This document shows positions 53,122 through 61,885 of a stretch of DNA of 64,000 bases, one piece after another. How positions within the stretch are numbered: position 1 is the stretch's first letter; the number at the start of each line of letters is the position of its first letter. The translations under genes and the position numbers were made by a program. This stretch comes from an uncultured Spirochaetota bacterium. GTDB taxonomy: Bacteria > Spirochaetota > Spirochaetia > SZUA-6 > Fen-1364. The stretch covers positions 672,001 to 736,000 of the forward strand of contig CAVTHO010000007.1 in assembly GCA_963734545.1 (NCBI GenBank), given 5' to 3'. The notes under the pieces were generated by a model, which was not told the DNA's origin, did not search any database, and saw only the letters and a program-made list of their open reading frames with translations.

Positions 53122-54586
53122 CGCACGCCGCGCAGATTCCCGGGTACACACCCGACAAGTGGGAGCGATACGCCTCCTCTGCCCTGTTCCAGATGAGTCC
53201 CAGATCCTCTTCGAAAGCGTTTCCCAGCCGCGTGCCCGCGCGGACGTCCTCTTTGCAGAGCGGCACGGTGCCGTCCAGCAGGACCGCCATGTCACGCTTG
53301 AGGTGCCAGCAGGGGAATCGCCGTACCGGCGAGAGGTCCGCAACCTTTCGGTCCGGCAGCAGTCCGCTGAAGGAATCGTATTTCTGCACGATGACGTTCT
53401 CGGTTCGGGCTTTCCAGGATTTGAAAAATTTCTCCAGGTCGTCCTCGTTCTCCTTCATGCGCACCGCCTGGACCCAGGCGTGAGCGGGAAACAGGGAAAT
53501 GAGCTCTTCTGCGGACCGGTGGGCTTCCGCGAATCCGTTGCCCCGCAGCGTGCGGTACAATTCTTCATTTGTTGCATCAAGGGACACGATCCAGGTGGGA
53601 GACCGGGGCAGGGTCGTGCCGATCTTCGAGAAGATCCCGGGCTCCCATCCCACGCCGGAAGTCTCTATGACGAGGTCGAGGCCCGGGTGCGCGAGCACGG
53701 CGGCAACCATGTCGTAGATCCCGGGGTGAAGCGCGGGCTCTCCCCAGAGAGAGATGTCAATGACAGCCTCTCCGGCAAAGGAGGCGATCTTGCCGAGGAG
53801 GGCGGAGAATGATTCCACCCGCATGAATCCGGACTTCGACAGGATGTCACCCCCGACTACCGGGTAAGGACAATACGCGCACGCATGGGGGCACCGCTCG
53901 ACGATCTGGATGGGGAAAAAGGCGGGAAGAGTCCTCAGGATTTCCGGTTTCTCACCGAGCAGGGCGCATGCGCTTTTCGCGTCCCGCCCTCCATTATCGA
54001 CGATTCGCCGAAGGAGCAGGAAATTCCTTTCCGTGTCCGCACAGAGCGAGACCCGCAGCATGCGCATGTCCACGGGGGAGATCTCCGTTTCGATATCGAA
54101 TGAGTTGATGTCCTTTTTTATCAGGGTGAAAATCGCCTCCCTGTCCGGGACGCCCTGGCCCTCACCGGCAAGCGCTTGGAGTCTCCCGATCGTGTCTTTC
54201 GTGAGTATTTCCGGCGTGAGACCATAAGGAAAGCCGTCGGCAAACGTGTAATCCGCGAAGTAGCGCCGGTGGTTGGCGTGCATCCGTCGGCTGACTTCAA
54301 TGTCCAGGAAAGGACAATCCGCGAAGAAGTAGAAGACGTCATCCACACCCTCGCCTGCCCTGGCGAGCTCGCGCACGAAGTCCGCGATGGTCCAGCGGTC
54401 CCGTACGATGGCGCGGCAGCCCTGCGTGTCGTCCAGGGGACGTGAAAGAAGAAGCACGCAGTCCTCGACGCCGGGAAGCTGTCTCGCGAACGAAAGGGCG
54501 CGCGCAAAAGAGGACGCGCCATCCAACAGGGGACGGAACGCGGAGGCGCGCAGACCTGTTCCATTGATCACGGCGATATTTTTCAT
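53096..54586 (-). CDS. Spiro-SPASM-like protein (cytidylyltransferase-like, radical SAM and SPASM domains)
   Basis: ADCPFLD/YTFADGFPYG N-domain; CPHACAYC; WGEPALHP; CWHLKRDM...VPLCKED...CAACDE. Confidence 0.85.
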   Translation of the reverse strand: MKNIAVINGTGLRASAFRPLLDGASSFARALSFARQLPGVEDCVLLLSRPLDDTQGCRAIVRDRWTIADFVRELARAGEGVDDVFYFFADCPFLDIEVSRRMHANHRRYFADYTFADGFPYGLTPEILTKDTIGRLQALAGEGQGVPDREAIFTLIKKDINSFDIETEISPVDMRMLRVSLCADTERNFLLLRRIVDNGGRDAKSACALLGEKPEILRTLPAFFPIQIVERCPHACAYCPYPVVGGDILSKSGFMRVESFSALLGKIASFAGEAVIDISLWGEPALHPGIYDMVAAVLAHPGLDLVIETSGVGWEPGIFSKIGTTLPRSPTWIVSLDATNEELYRTLRGNGFAEAHRSAEELISLFPAHAWVQAVRMKENEDDLEKFFKSWKARTENVIVQKYDSFSGLLPDRKVADLSPVRRFPCWHLKRDMAVLLDGTVPLCKEDVRAGTRLGNAFEEDLGLIWNRAEEAYRSHLSGVYPGICAACDEYYTYNF

Positions 54587-54697
54587 GTTCCCCGCTGATA
54601 ATATCGACAGATTGAGGCGAAGTTCAAGAAAGCGAGGGGATCACCCTCGTGGAAATGGCGCTCTGCCTCACGGGTGAGGGGCGGGATGGCGCTTCCC

Positions 54698-54724
54698 TTG
54701 TCATTCGGTACCCAGCGGTATAAT
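54698..54724 (+). promoter_or_regulatory. Putative promoter of xseA
   Basis: TTGTCA-15 nt-TATAAT, ending 9 nt before the ATG; spacer is short. Confidence 0.45.
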
Positions 54725-54733
54725 CTGCCCCGT

Positions 54734-55954
54734 ATGCCCGGGCAGCAGGCTGAGCGGATCTACACTGTTTCCGAGATCACCCAGCTCATCAAGATGACCC
54801 TGGAAGACGGCTTTCCCTGGATCACCGTCAAGGGCGAAATATCCAACTTCCGCCCGTCCAGCACGGGGCACTGGTATTTCAGCCTCAAGGATGTCGATGC
54901 GGTGATCTCCGTGGTGATGTTCCGCGGCAGGCTCGACGGGGTGCGCTTCACTCCGGCTGACGGCATGCTGGTCAAAGCCGCCGGCAGCGTTTCGGTGTAT
55001 GCCAAGAGAGGCAGCTACCAGCTCATCTGCGAGTCGCTCGTCAAGGCGGGCGAAGGGGATCTTCTTGCCATGCTGGAGGAGCTGAAGCGGAAGCTCGCTG
55101 CCGAGGGCCTGTTCGACGTGGATCGCAAGAAGAAACTCCCGCTTTTCCCCTCCCGCATTGCGGTGATCACCTCACCCACCGGGGCTGCCGTGCGGGATAT
55201 TCTGCGGATTCTCCGGCGTCGCAACGCGGGCATGGATGTCGTCATACTGCCCACGCCGGTTCAAGGGGAAGGCGCCGACGAGCGGATCGCGCGTGCCATC
55301 GAGCTCGCCAATCGCCACGGCCTGGGAGAGGTGATTATCGTAGGCCGCGGGGGCGGCTCCCTCGAGGACCTCCTGCCCTTCTCCTCAGAGCGAGTCGTGC
55401 GCGCAATCGCGGCGTCCGATCTGCCGGTGATCTCCGCCGTGGGACATGAAACCGATGTCACCCTCTCCGACCTCGCCGCGGACATCAGGGCCCCCACCCC
55501 ATCCGCGGCAGCAGAGCTGGTGGCGGCCCCCCGCGTGGAGCTGGTGGCCCGCGTAAACGGCCTGCGGTCAATGCTGGAGCGCGATATGCGCCAGCGCCTG
55601 GAGAGAGTCAGGCTCCTGCTCGGTCAGTTCGCCGCCGAAAGCCTTGAACGGAACGTGCGCATCTTTCTCCAGCCCATTGCGCAGCGGGTGGACTACGCGG
55701 CGGACGAGCTGCTCCAGGGCTTTCGCAACATGACGTCGAGCCGCCGCCACAGGTTCGAGCTCGCTTCCCGGGAGCTGGCCTCCTATTCGCCCCTCGCCAT
55801 TCTGAAGAGGGGGTATGCCGTCGTCACTCATGAACGCACTCGGACAATCCTGCTTTCCCCGCAGACCGTTCAGCAGGGCGACTCCCTGTCGATCAAGCTG
55901 TCGCAGGGCGGGCTGCGCGCCACCGTGGAGGACACCCATGCCGTCGAAAAGTGA
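54734..55954 (+). CDS. xseA: Exodeoxyribonuclease VII large subunit
   Basis: GEISNF, GHWYFSLKD, ITSPTGAA, RGGGSLEDL, SAVGHETD, TPSAAAE. Confidence 0.97.
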   Translation: MPGQQAERIYTVSEITQLIKMTLEDGFPWITVKGEISNFRPSSTGHWYFSLKDVDAVISVVMFRGRLDGVRFTPADGMLVKAAGSVSVYAKRGSYQLICESLVKAGEGDLLAMLEELKRKLAAEGLFDVDRKKKLPLFPSRIAVITSPTGAAVRDILRILRRRNAGMDVVILPTPVQGEGADERIARAIELANRHGLGEVIIVGRGGGSLEDLLPFSSERVVRAIAASDLPVISAVGHETDVTLSDLAADIRAPTPSAAAELVAAPRVELVARVNGLRSMLERDMRQRLERVRLLLGQFAAESLERNVRIFLQPIAQRVDYAADELLQGFRNMTSSRRHRFELASRELASYSPLAILKRGYAVVTHERTRTILLSPQTVQQGDSLSIKLSQGGLRATVEDTHAVEK

Positions 55955-56297
55955 TGAATCGCGCAAGGTCGCGCGGGATGATGAATCGCGCAAGATCGCG
56001 CGGGATGATGAATCGCGCAAGGTCGCGCGGGATGATGAATCACGGAAAAAAACATCCGGCTTCGAACAGCGCCTGGAGCGGCTTGAAGAGCTGGCCGAAA
56101 AGCTCCGGGAGGGAAACATCCCCCTTGACGAGGCAGTGCTGCTTTTCGAGGAAGGAATGAAGCTCTCCAGGTCCCTGGAAAAGGACTTGTCGCGAGTGGA
56201 ACGCCGGGTGGAGATCCTCACCGGGGAGCCCGAATCGGCTCAGGAGGAGCCGGGCCTGGAGTTGTTTCCCGAGCTCTCAGAGGAAGACACGGAGTAG
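55938..56297 (+). CDS. xseB: Exodeoxyribonuclease VII small subunit with N-terminal repeat extension
   Basis: FEQRLERLEELAEKL...LDEAVLLFEEGMKL...VERRVEIL; GGAGG RBS. Confidence 0.92.
   Translation: MPSKSDESRKVARDDESRKIARDDESRKVARDDESRKKTSGFEQRLERLEELAEKLREGNIPLDEAVLLFEEGMKLSRSLEKDLSRVERRVEILTGEPESAQEEPGLELFPELSEEDTE
55952..56041 (+). repeat. 27-bp in-frame tandem repeat, 3.3 copies (encodes DDESRKVAR)
   Basis: Unit TGATGAATCGCGCAAGGTCGCGCGGGA, with one substitution. Confidence 0.95.
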
Positions 56298-56308
56298 GGG
56301 GGGCGGCG

Positions 56309-56800
56309 TCAGGGAAAGCCCGCGGGGAAAGTGATGATCGTGCCCTCGGTGATGCGCAGATCGGCAAAAGCGCCCTGCCGCATCTCCAGGGCATAGCGGG
56401 CGGAGAGCCGCGAGCGCGTGATTTTCTCCGAGAATGGCTCCATGTCCTCGATCTGGAGCACCTTTCCCTCGCCGGAAAGGAAGGCGATGGAGAGTGCCGC
56501 CGGCGTATTCTTCATCCAGAAGGAGAGATGCTCGTCCCTGTCGAAGACGAATATCATCCCTTCGCGCGGGCCCAATTCCTTCCTCCCCATGAGCCCTTGC
56601 TCCCTTTGCGCTTCGGTGCGCGCGACCTCCACGGTCAGCTCCTGCCCCGCCGCCTGGAGAGTCACGCGCGGCAGCCGTGTCTGGCATCCGGAAAGGCTCG
56701 CTGCAATCAGGATGCCCAGGAGGCCGCACAGCCCTGCGCGGTACCCGGCGAGATCCAGGCATCGGATGAGCGGCGACGCGCTGATTCTGCTATTCGGCAT
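56309..56800 (-). CDS. DUF192 family putative lipoprotein
   Basis: Lipobox LSGC; EVART...GLM, GMIFVF, FWMKNT, YALEM. Confidence 0.88.
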   Translation of the reverse strand: MPNSRISASPLIRCLDLAGYRAGLCGLLGILIAASLSGCQTRLPRVTLQAAGQELTVEVARTEAQREQGLMGRKELGPREGMIFVFDRDEHLSFWMKNTPAALSIAFLSGEGKVLQIEDMEPFSEKITRSRLSARYALEMRQGAFADLRITEGTIITFPAGFP

Positions 56801-57983
56801 GCACCATCCATCCTTTAAGGTATTCCCCCTCCGCATGAGCCGCCGCAACCGGATGATCGACATCGGCGTGCAGCTCCTTCAGCAGCCGCACGGAGCGCCC
56901 CGAGCGAAGTGCTGCTTCCACCACGACCTGCTGGAACGTGGGCCGGTCCACGGCCCCCGAGCAGGAAAACAGGAACGCAAGCCCCCCGGGAGAGAGGATC
57001 CGGATGCATTGCTGAAAGAGCGTGAGGTATCCTTTGAGCGCGCCCTCCAGCTCGGCCCGCCGGCGGGCAAAGGGCGGCGGATCCGCCACCACGATGTCGA
57101 ACTTTTCCGGCTGCTCCAGAAATGTGAACACATCCTGCTGCACCCACGAGAGAATGTCCTCGCGCAGCTGCGGGTTGAGCTTCACGCTCTCCCTGCCCGC
57201 TTCCAGGGCTTTCCTGGAGCTCTCCACGGACACGACACGCGCCGCGCCTGCCGCCGCGGCGAGAAGCGCAACCGCTCCCGTGTAGGAAAACAAGTTGAGA
57301 ACGATCTTCCCCGGACTGCAGAGCGCGATCGCGCTCCTGTTTGCCCGCTGGTCGAGGTAGAACCCTGTCTTTTGTCCCCTCTCGAAGTCGACGCGCAGCC
57401 TTATACCGCCTTCACGAATCGTGCACGTCCCGTCCCCCGCACCATGCAGATAGCCGGAAGGCCGGGAAAGCTTTTCGATTCTCGCGTAATGCTCGTCTCT
57501 CTTGAGGTAGATGTCCGCCGAAGGAAACAGCTCGTGAAGGCACTGCACGATCCTGTCGACCAGTCCCTCGATGCCGCGTATGTGCAGTGATACCACCGCC
57601 GTATCGGCGTAAAGGTCGACGATGAGCCCGGGAATATAGTCCCCCTCGGCATTGACGAGTCTCACCGCGTCCGAGTCCAGATGGAGCGAGTCCCGCAGGG
57701 ACTTCGCGGCGCGCACCCGGCGCTCGATCCAGTCCACGGGAGGCCTCTCGGGGCTGAAGCTGACCATCCTCACCGCAATCAGGCTCCCGGGGGAATAGAA
57801 CCCCCAACCGATGACCGCACCGTCGGCAGCCCTGACAGGGAGGAGGTCGCTCCCCGCCGGCCCCTCGCTGACATCGGCGATTGCCTGGCTGTAGATCCAG
57901 GGGTGGTGGCGCTTTCGAGCCGGCCCGTCGCGGCCGGGCTTCAGCACGACACCGGCGCCGGCGGATCCGTCAGAACTGCTCAA
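56790..57983 (-). CDS. RlmI-like class I SAM-dependent rRNA methyltransferase
   Basis: HPWIY PUA domain, AEGDYIPGL, GQKTGFYLDQR, LNLFSYTG, DPPPFA, SCS, EGEYLK; start uncertain. Confidence 0.9.
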   Translation of the reverse strand: MSSSDGSAGAGVVLKPGRDGPARKRHHPWIYSQAIADVSEGPAGSDLLPVRAADGAVIGWGFYSPGSLIAVRMVSFSPERPPVDWIERRVRAAKSLRDSLHLDSDAVRLVNAEGDYIPGLIVDLYADTAVVSLHIRGIEGLVDRIVQCLHELFPSADIYLKRDEHYARIEKLSRPSGYLHGAGDGTCTIREGGIRLRVDFERGQKTGFYLDQRANRSAIALCSPGKIVLNLFSYTGAVALLAAAAGAARVVSVESSRKALEAGRESVKLNPQLREDILSWVQQDVFTFLEQPEKFDIVVADPPPFARRRAELEGALKGYLTLFQQCIRILSPGGLAFLFSCSGAVDRPTFQQVVVEAALRSGRSVRLLKELHADVDHPVAAAHAEGEYLKGWMVHAE

Positions 57984-58608
57984 TAAACTTCTCCCGGGAA
58001 AGCTGATCCAGGTCCTTCTGCGCTCCACCCTTGGCGAGGACAGCGGAGAAGGTCTTGTTGTCGAGGTATTTCACCGTGAGCGGGCGTTCCAGGGAGAAGC
58101 GCACCGTATCGGACTGCCATACGGATTCCTGCGGGTCAAGGCTTGCCGGCGGACCGTATTTCGTCGTGAGGGCGCTGAAAATCGAATAGTGGTCGAGCCT
58201 TTGCGTATCGAGAACCAGAATCATTATGAAGAGCCGGCTGTCGGCGAACTGAAAATACGCGCGTCGGAGGTAAGTGGAGCCGGGGCACTCGATGAGATAC
58301 TGGTTCGTCTGGGGAAGGAAACTGACATCCGGGTCGCCTCGGTAAAGGAAAAGCGGATCGGAGGCGAGCGCCTGCTTCACCTGCTCGAGACCCATTCCCA
58401 GAGAAATGGAGCGAAAACCAGCCGGGAGGGGCTGGACCGGGCGAGGGGCGGCCTGTGGGAAAACGGAAACCGGGGCAAAGATCGCGGACGCCAGGATGAT
58501 GCATGCAGCAGCAAGAACTTTGCCGATCTGCACATTCGAGCCGGACCGCCTGCGCACATGCATCCCGCCTCTTTCTCCGCGAGCAATCCGTACGATCAAC
58601 CGTTTCAT
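57970..58608 (-). CDS. Exported hypothetical protein
   Basis: Signal-like hydrophobic stretch; GFRSISLGM, YRGDPDVS, KYG motifs; start uncertain. Confidence 0.6.
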   Translation of the reverse strand: MKRLIVRIARGERGGMHVRRRSGSNVQIGKVLAAACIILASAIFAPVSVFPQAAPRPVQPLPAGFRSISLGMGLEQVKQALASDPLFLYRGDPDVSFLPQTNQYLIECPGSTYLRRAYFQFADSRLFIMILVLDTQRLDHYSIFSALTTKYGPPASLDPQESVWQSDTVRFSLERPLTVKYLDNKTFSAVLAKGGAQKDLDQLSREKFIEQF

Positions 58609-58720
58609 ACTCCCCCTGCTCTCATATCGGCGGTTTTTGCCTGCCGCTCAAAGCAGCCCCCAGTCCTGAAAATAATCCTTCGGCGCGCGCCGAGCCGGGG
58701 CTCCAAATCCCTGCCTCGAC

Positions 58721-58749
58721 TTGATCGCCGTGTTCCGCGGGGGTACACT
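58721..58749 (+). promoter_or_regulatory. sigma70 promoter, probably giving a leaderless transcript
   Basis: TTGATC-17 nt-TACACT-6 nt-ATG. Confidence 0.6.
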
Positions 58750-58755
58750 GTGGAG

Positions 58756-60450
58756 ATGACGACGAAATCCGGCCGGGCTTTTGCGGCCCTTGCCCTGTGT
58801 GTCGCAGCCGGCTTGCTCCTTTCCTCATGCGCCACCTCGAAGGGCGCGACCCTCGGCAAAGTGATGGCGGCGGAATCAGGAAGCAGGACAGGCGGAAATG
58901 CCCCGTCAAGGCCCTCTGAGCGGCCGGCGCCGAACCCGCCGGAAAGCAAACAAGGCCTGGAGATCGTCACCGATCCTGACAATGCGGAAGTGTGGATAGA
59001 CGGCGCGTTCAGGGGGCTCTCCCCCTACATCGCGGAGGACCTTCCCGCGGGCTGGCACAAGATCACGCTGCGCAAGACCGGGTACTACGAAGCATCAGGT
59101 TGGGCCGACTTCGAGAGCGACTACATGCTCTATCAGGCAAGCCTCGTGCAGATGATCGGCTATCTCCAGATTGCAGTGACACCGCCGAACAGCATCGTCT
59201 CGGTCGACGGCCGGGAGATAGCGACCGGCCTCAATACGCTCCCCGTCGGCGACTACTCGCTTCTCGTACGATCGTTCGGATATTCCGACTACCAGGAGTC
59301 CGTCACGATACAGGAAAAGGCCGTCACCTCTCTTTCAGTGGCCCTCCCGCCGGCCGAATTTTCCATCAGTTCCTTCTCGGTGCCCAAGCCCGGCATCAAT
59401 CCTGACAATCCCGGGCTTCTCGGCGTCCTCGACGTGAGCCTGTTCGTCACGGGTCCGGGCACGGGCGAGCTGCGAGTTCTCAACGAGGGATCGGTCGAAG
59501 TCTTCAGCAAGGCCCTGCCGGAGTTCACCACCTGGGATCAGTCGTTTTCCTGGAATGTGCGTGACAGCTCGGGAAACGCCCTGCCGGACGGCACCTATAC
59601 GCTGGCGGTGAAGACACGCGGGGACGGATCGGAATCGCAGGTCGAGCGGGAAGTCTCCATCCGCGTGGATCGCACGCTGAAGATCGCCCCCCGGTCCCTG
59701 TGGAGCGGCAGCGCGGGACTCCTCTACGCGCCGGTAGCGGAAGTGCTTCCGGCAGGAGATTTCCAAGTCTCATTCCTGGGCGCCGGCATTGCCGCCGGCG
59801 CGGATTTCCGGGCGCCGGTCCAGCTCGGCGCCCGCGTCGGAATCGGTGAAAGCCTCGAAGTCGACGCATCGGCGGGCCTCATCATCGGAGCGGCGACGAC
59901 TCCTTTCACCGCCAGCGTCTCCGCGAGATGGAACTTCCTGAGCCCGCACAGCTCGTACAGCACATCAAGCGCCGTGCTGGCGAAGCTCACCGTGCAATAC
60001 AACCCGCGCATCACCGGCGGCGATGTGCTCATGACGGATACCTTCGCCAATTTCACGGGGCTGAGCGTCGAGGTGCCGTTCCAGGTTACCCTGGGAGCCA
60101 TGAATCTCATGCTGTCCGCCGGAGCCACCGGCTCCTTCTGGTACCCGTACCGATTCAGGTCGGACGGCATCACGCCCCTGCAGGGCGCCGTGGGGTGGCT
60201 ATACCTTCGCGGCGGCGCGTTCCTCGAGACAGGCTCCCTCATGCTCGGAATATCCGCAAGCACGCGCACCGAGCCGCTGCCGGGCGGCATCGCATTCCTC
60301 TCGTCGCCGATTCCCTTTCAGCTCGGCGCGGAAGCCCATTGGCTGATCCCGGGAACCCGGCTCGTGGCCACTGTCTTGATGGCGGGAGAATACGAGGATT
60401 CGCACAACTACTACCTCATGGGCGGCGGAGGGCTGGCTTTCCTCTATTGA
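58756..60450 (+). CDS. PEGA-domain lipoprotein with FlgD-Ig-like and beta-rich C-terminal regions
   Basis: Lipobox LSSC; two PEGA repeats (TDPDNAEVWIDG...G.HKITLRKTGY); WNVRDSSGNALPDGTY. Confidence 0.75.
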   Translation: MTTKSGRAFAALALCVAAGLLLSSCATSKGATLGKVMAAESGSRTGGNAPSRPSERPAPNPPESKQGLEIVTDPDNAEVWIDGAFRGLSPYIAEDLPAGWHKITLRKTGYYEASGWADFESDYMLYQASLVQMIGYLQIAVTPPNSIVSVDGREIATGLNTLPVGDYSLLVRSFGYSDYQESVTIQEKAVTSLSVALPPAEFSISSFSVPKPGINPDNPGLLGVLDVSLFVTGPGTGELRVLNEGSVEVFSKALPEFTTWDQSFSWNVRDSSGNALPDGTYTLAVKTRGDGSESQVEREVSIRVDRTLKIAPRSLWSGSAGLLYAPVAEVLPAGDFQVSFLGAGIAAGADFRAPVQLGARVGIGESLEVDASAGLIIGAATTPFTASVSARWNFLSPHSSYSTSSAVLAKLTVQYNPRITGGDVLMTDTFANFTGLSVEVPFQVTLGAMNLMLSAGATGSFWYPYRFRSDGITPLQGAVGWLYLRGGAFLETGSLMLGISASTRTEPLPGGIAFLSSPIPFQLGAEAHWLIPGTRLVATVLMAGEYEDSHNYYLMGGGGLAFLY

Positions 60451-60451
60451 A

Positions 60452-60761
60452 TCACGGCCTCAGAAAAAGCAGGGCAAGAAGCGCGATGAGCAGGACAAGA
60501 AGGACCGCGCCGGCAATCCGGTAGAACCGGGCCGAGGGAAGGGGCCGTCTCTGCGGCCGCGCCGGCGCGGCGGGAGCCGCGGCGCGAACCTCCTGGTTGA
60601 AGCCGCAGGCATGGACAACCTGCCCTGAAATCAGCGGCTTTTCCTTCAAAGCCGCACTCGGGGCAGCGTACCGCGGTGAATACCCGCCCGCACCAGGGGC
60701 AGGTGGATGCTCCGGGGCGGACTTCCTTGCCGCAGTTTTCACAGAAATAGCGTGTCTTCAT
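60452..60761 (-). CDS. Double zinc-ribbon membrane protein (frameshift near 60612)
   Basis: CENC, CPWC, CPEC, CPxC motifs; C-terminal TM helix in the second frame. Confidence 0.72.
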
Positions 60762-60832
60762 TCGATTGTCATCAGTCGAGGTCTCATTTATACTTCCGGG
60801 ATCGCGAAGGCGCAAGCAAACAAGGAGAGGGA

Positions 60833-61885
60833 ATGGAAACCGTGCTCATCGGTCTGGCCCGTTCCGGGAGAACGACGATATTCAACGCTCTGACAGGACA
60901 GACCGCCGCCACGGGTGACGCGGGTGGAGGAAAGAAGCAGGCCTACCTGGCCGAGGTCAAAGTGCCTGACGACAGGCTGGACAAGCTCGCCGCGTTGTAC
61001 AAGCCGAAAAAGCTCACGCATGCCCCTGTCCTCTTCAAGGACCTTCCCCTCGATCATGACGAGGAAGGCGGGATCACGGCCGCGAGCCTCGCCGACATGC
61101 GCAGGGCGGACGCGGTGGCCATCGTGATCCGGGCTTTCGCGAGCGATGCGGTCATCCACCCTCTCAAGGATCCGAAACCCCTCCGCGATTTTCGCAAGGT
61201 GATGGATTCCCTGGTGTTCGGAGACTACGAGATTGCCGAAAAGCGGGCCGCGCGGCTCGACAAGGAAGCGAAGCGTGAGGGAAGGGAGTACCACGTGCTT
61301 CAGCAGATCGTGGCGCGGCTGGGAGCGGGAAAACCCCTGGGCGCCGACTTCTTTCCCCCGGATGACGAGAGGCTTTTTTCAGGATTCGGCTTTCTTACCG
61401 CGAAGCCGATTTTTCTCGTCATCAACACGGGAGAAGAGACGATCGATCATGCGGAGCTCCTGACGGAAGCCGGTGGCATGGGGATCCACGCCTTCCCGAT
61501 CAGGGGTGACATGGAGATGGAGATCGCGCAGCTTGCGCCGGAGGACCAGAAGGATTTTCTGCGCGATCTCGGTCTGGAGGAGCCTGCCAAAAACCGCTTC
61601 CTCCGCCACGTGTACGCGACGTTGCGGCTCGTGAGCTTTTTCACGGTCGGAGAGGATGAATGCAAGGCGTGGAGCATCCGCGAGGGCACGACAGCCGTGG
61701 CCGCGGCCGCTGAAATCCACTCCGATCTCGCCAAGGGCTTCATCAGGGCTGAGGTCGCGGCGTGGCAGGACGTGCTTGCCGGCGGCGACTTTGCCGGCGC
61801 CAAAAAGGCAAACAAGCTTCGACTGGAAGGAAAAGAGTACGTCGTGAAGGACGGCGACGTGCTCCTCATCAGGTTCAACGTGTGA
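60833..61885 (+). CDS. ychF: YchF/OLA1 family protein with degenerate nucleotide-binding motifs
   Basis: VPDDRLDKL, FLTAKP, FFTVGEDE, IHSDLAKGFIRAEV, RLEGKEYVVKDGD, RFNV. Confidence 0.85.
   Translation: METVLIGLARSGRTTIFNALTGQTAATGDAGGGKKQAYLAEVKVPDDRLDKLAALYKPKKLTHAPVLFKDLPLDHDEEGGITAASLADMRRADAVAIVIRAFASDAVIHPLKDPKPLRDFRKVMDSLVFGDYEIAEKRAARLDKEAKREGREYHVLQQIVARLGAGKPLGADFFPPDDERLFSGFGFLTAKPIFLVINTGEETIDHAELLTEAGGMGIHAFPIRGDMEMEIAQLAPEDQKDFLRDLGLEEPAKNRFLRHVYATLRLVSFFTVGEDECKAWSIREGTTAVAAAAEIHSDLAKGFIRAEVAAWQDVLAGGDFAGAKKANKLRLEGKEYVVKDGDVLLIRFNV

Noticed and set aside
14786-60761. Frameshifts in about 17 genes (phoH, mutS2, rsgA, murI, rluA, ecfT, polyprenyl synthase, ndh2, cheA-like, flaA, amidase and others) as pseudogenisation, phase variation or programmed frameshifting
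   Set aside because: They are single-base indels, several in short G/C runs, and they hit housekeeping genes without accompanying in-frame nonsense decay. This pattern fits long-read consensus error; read polishing would confirm.
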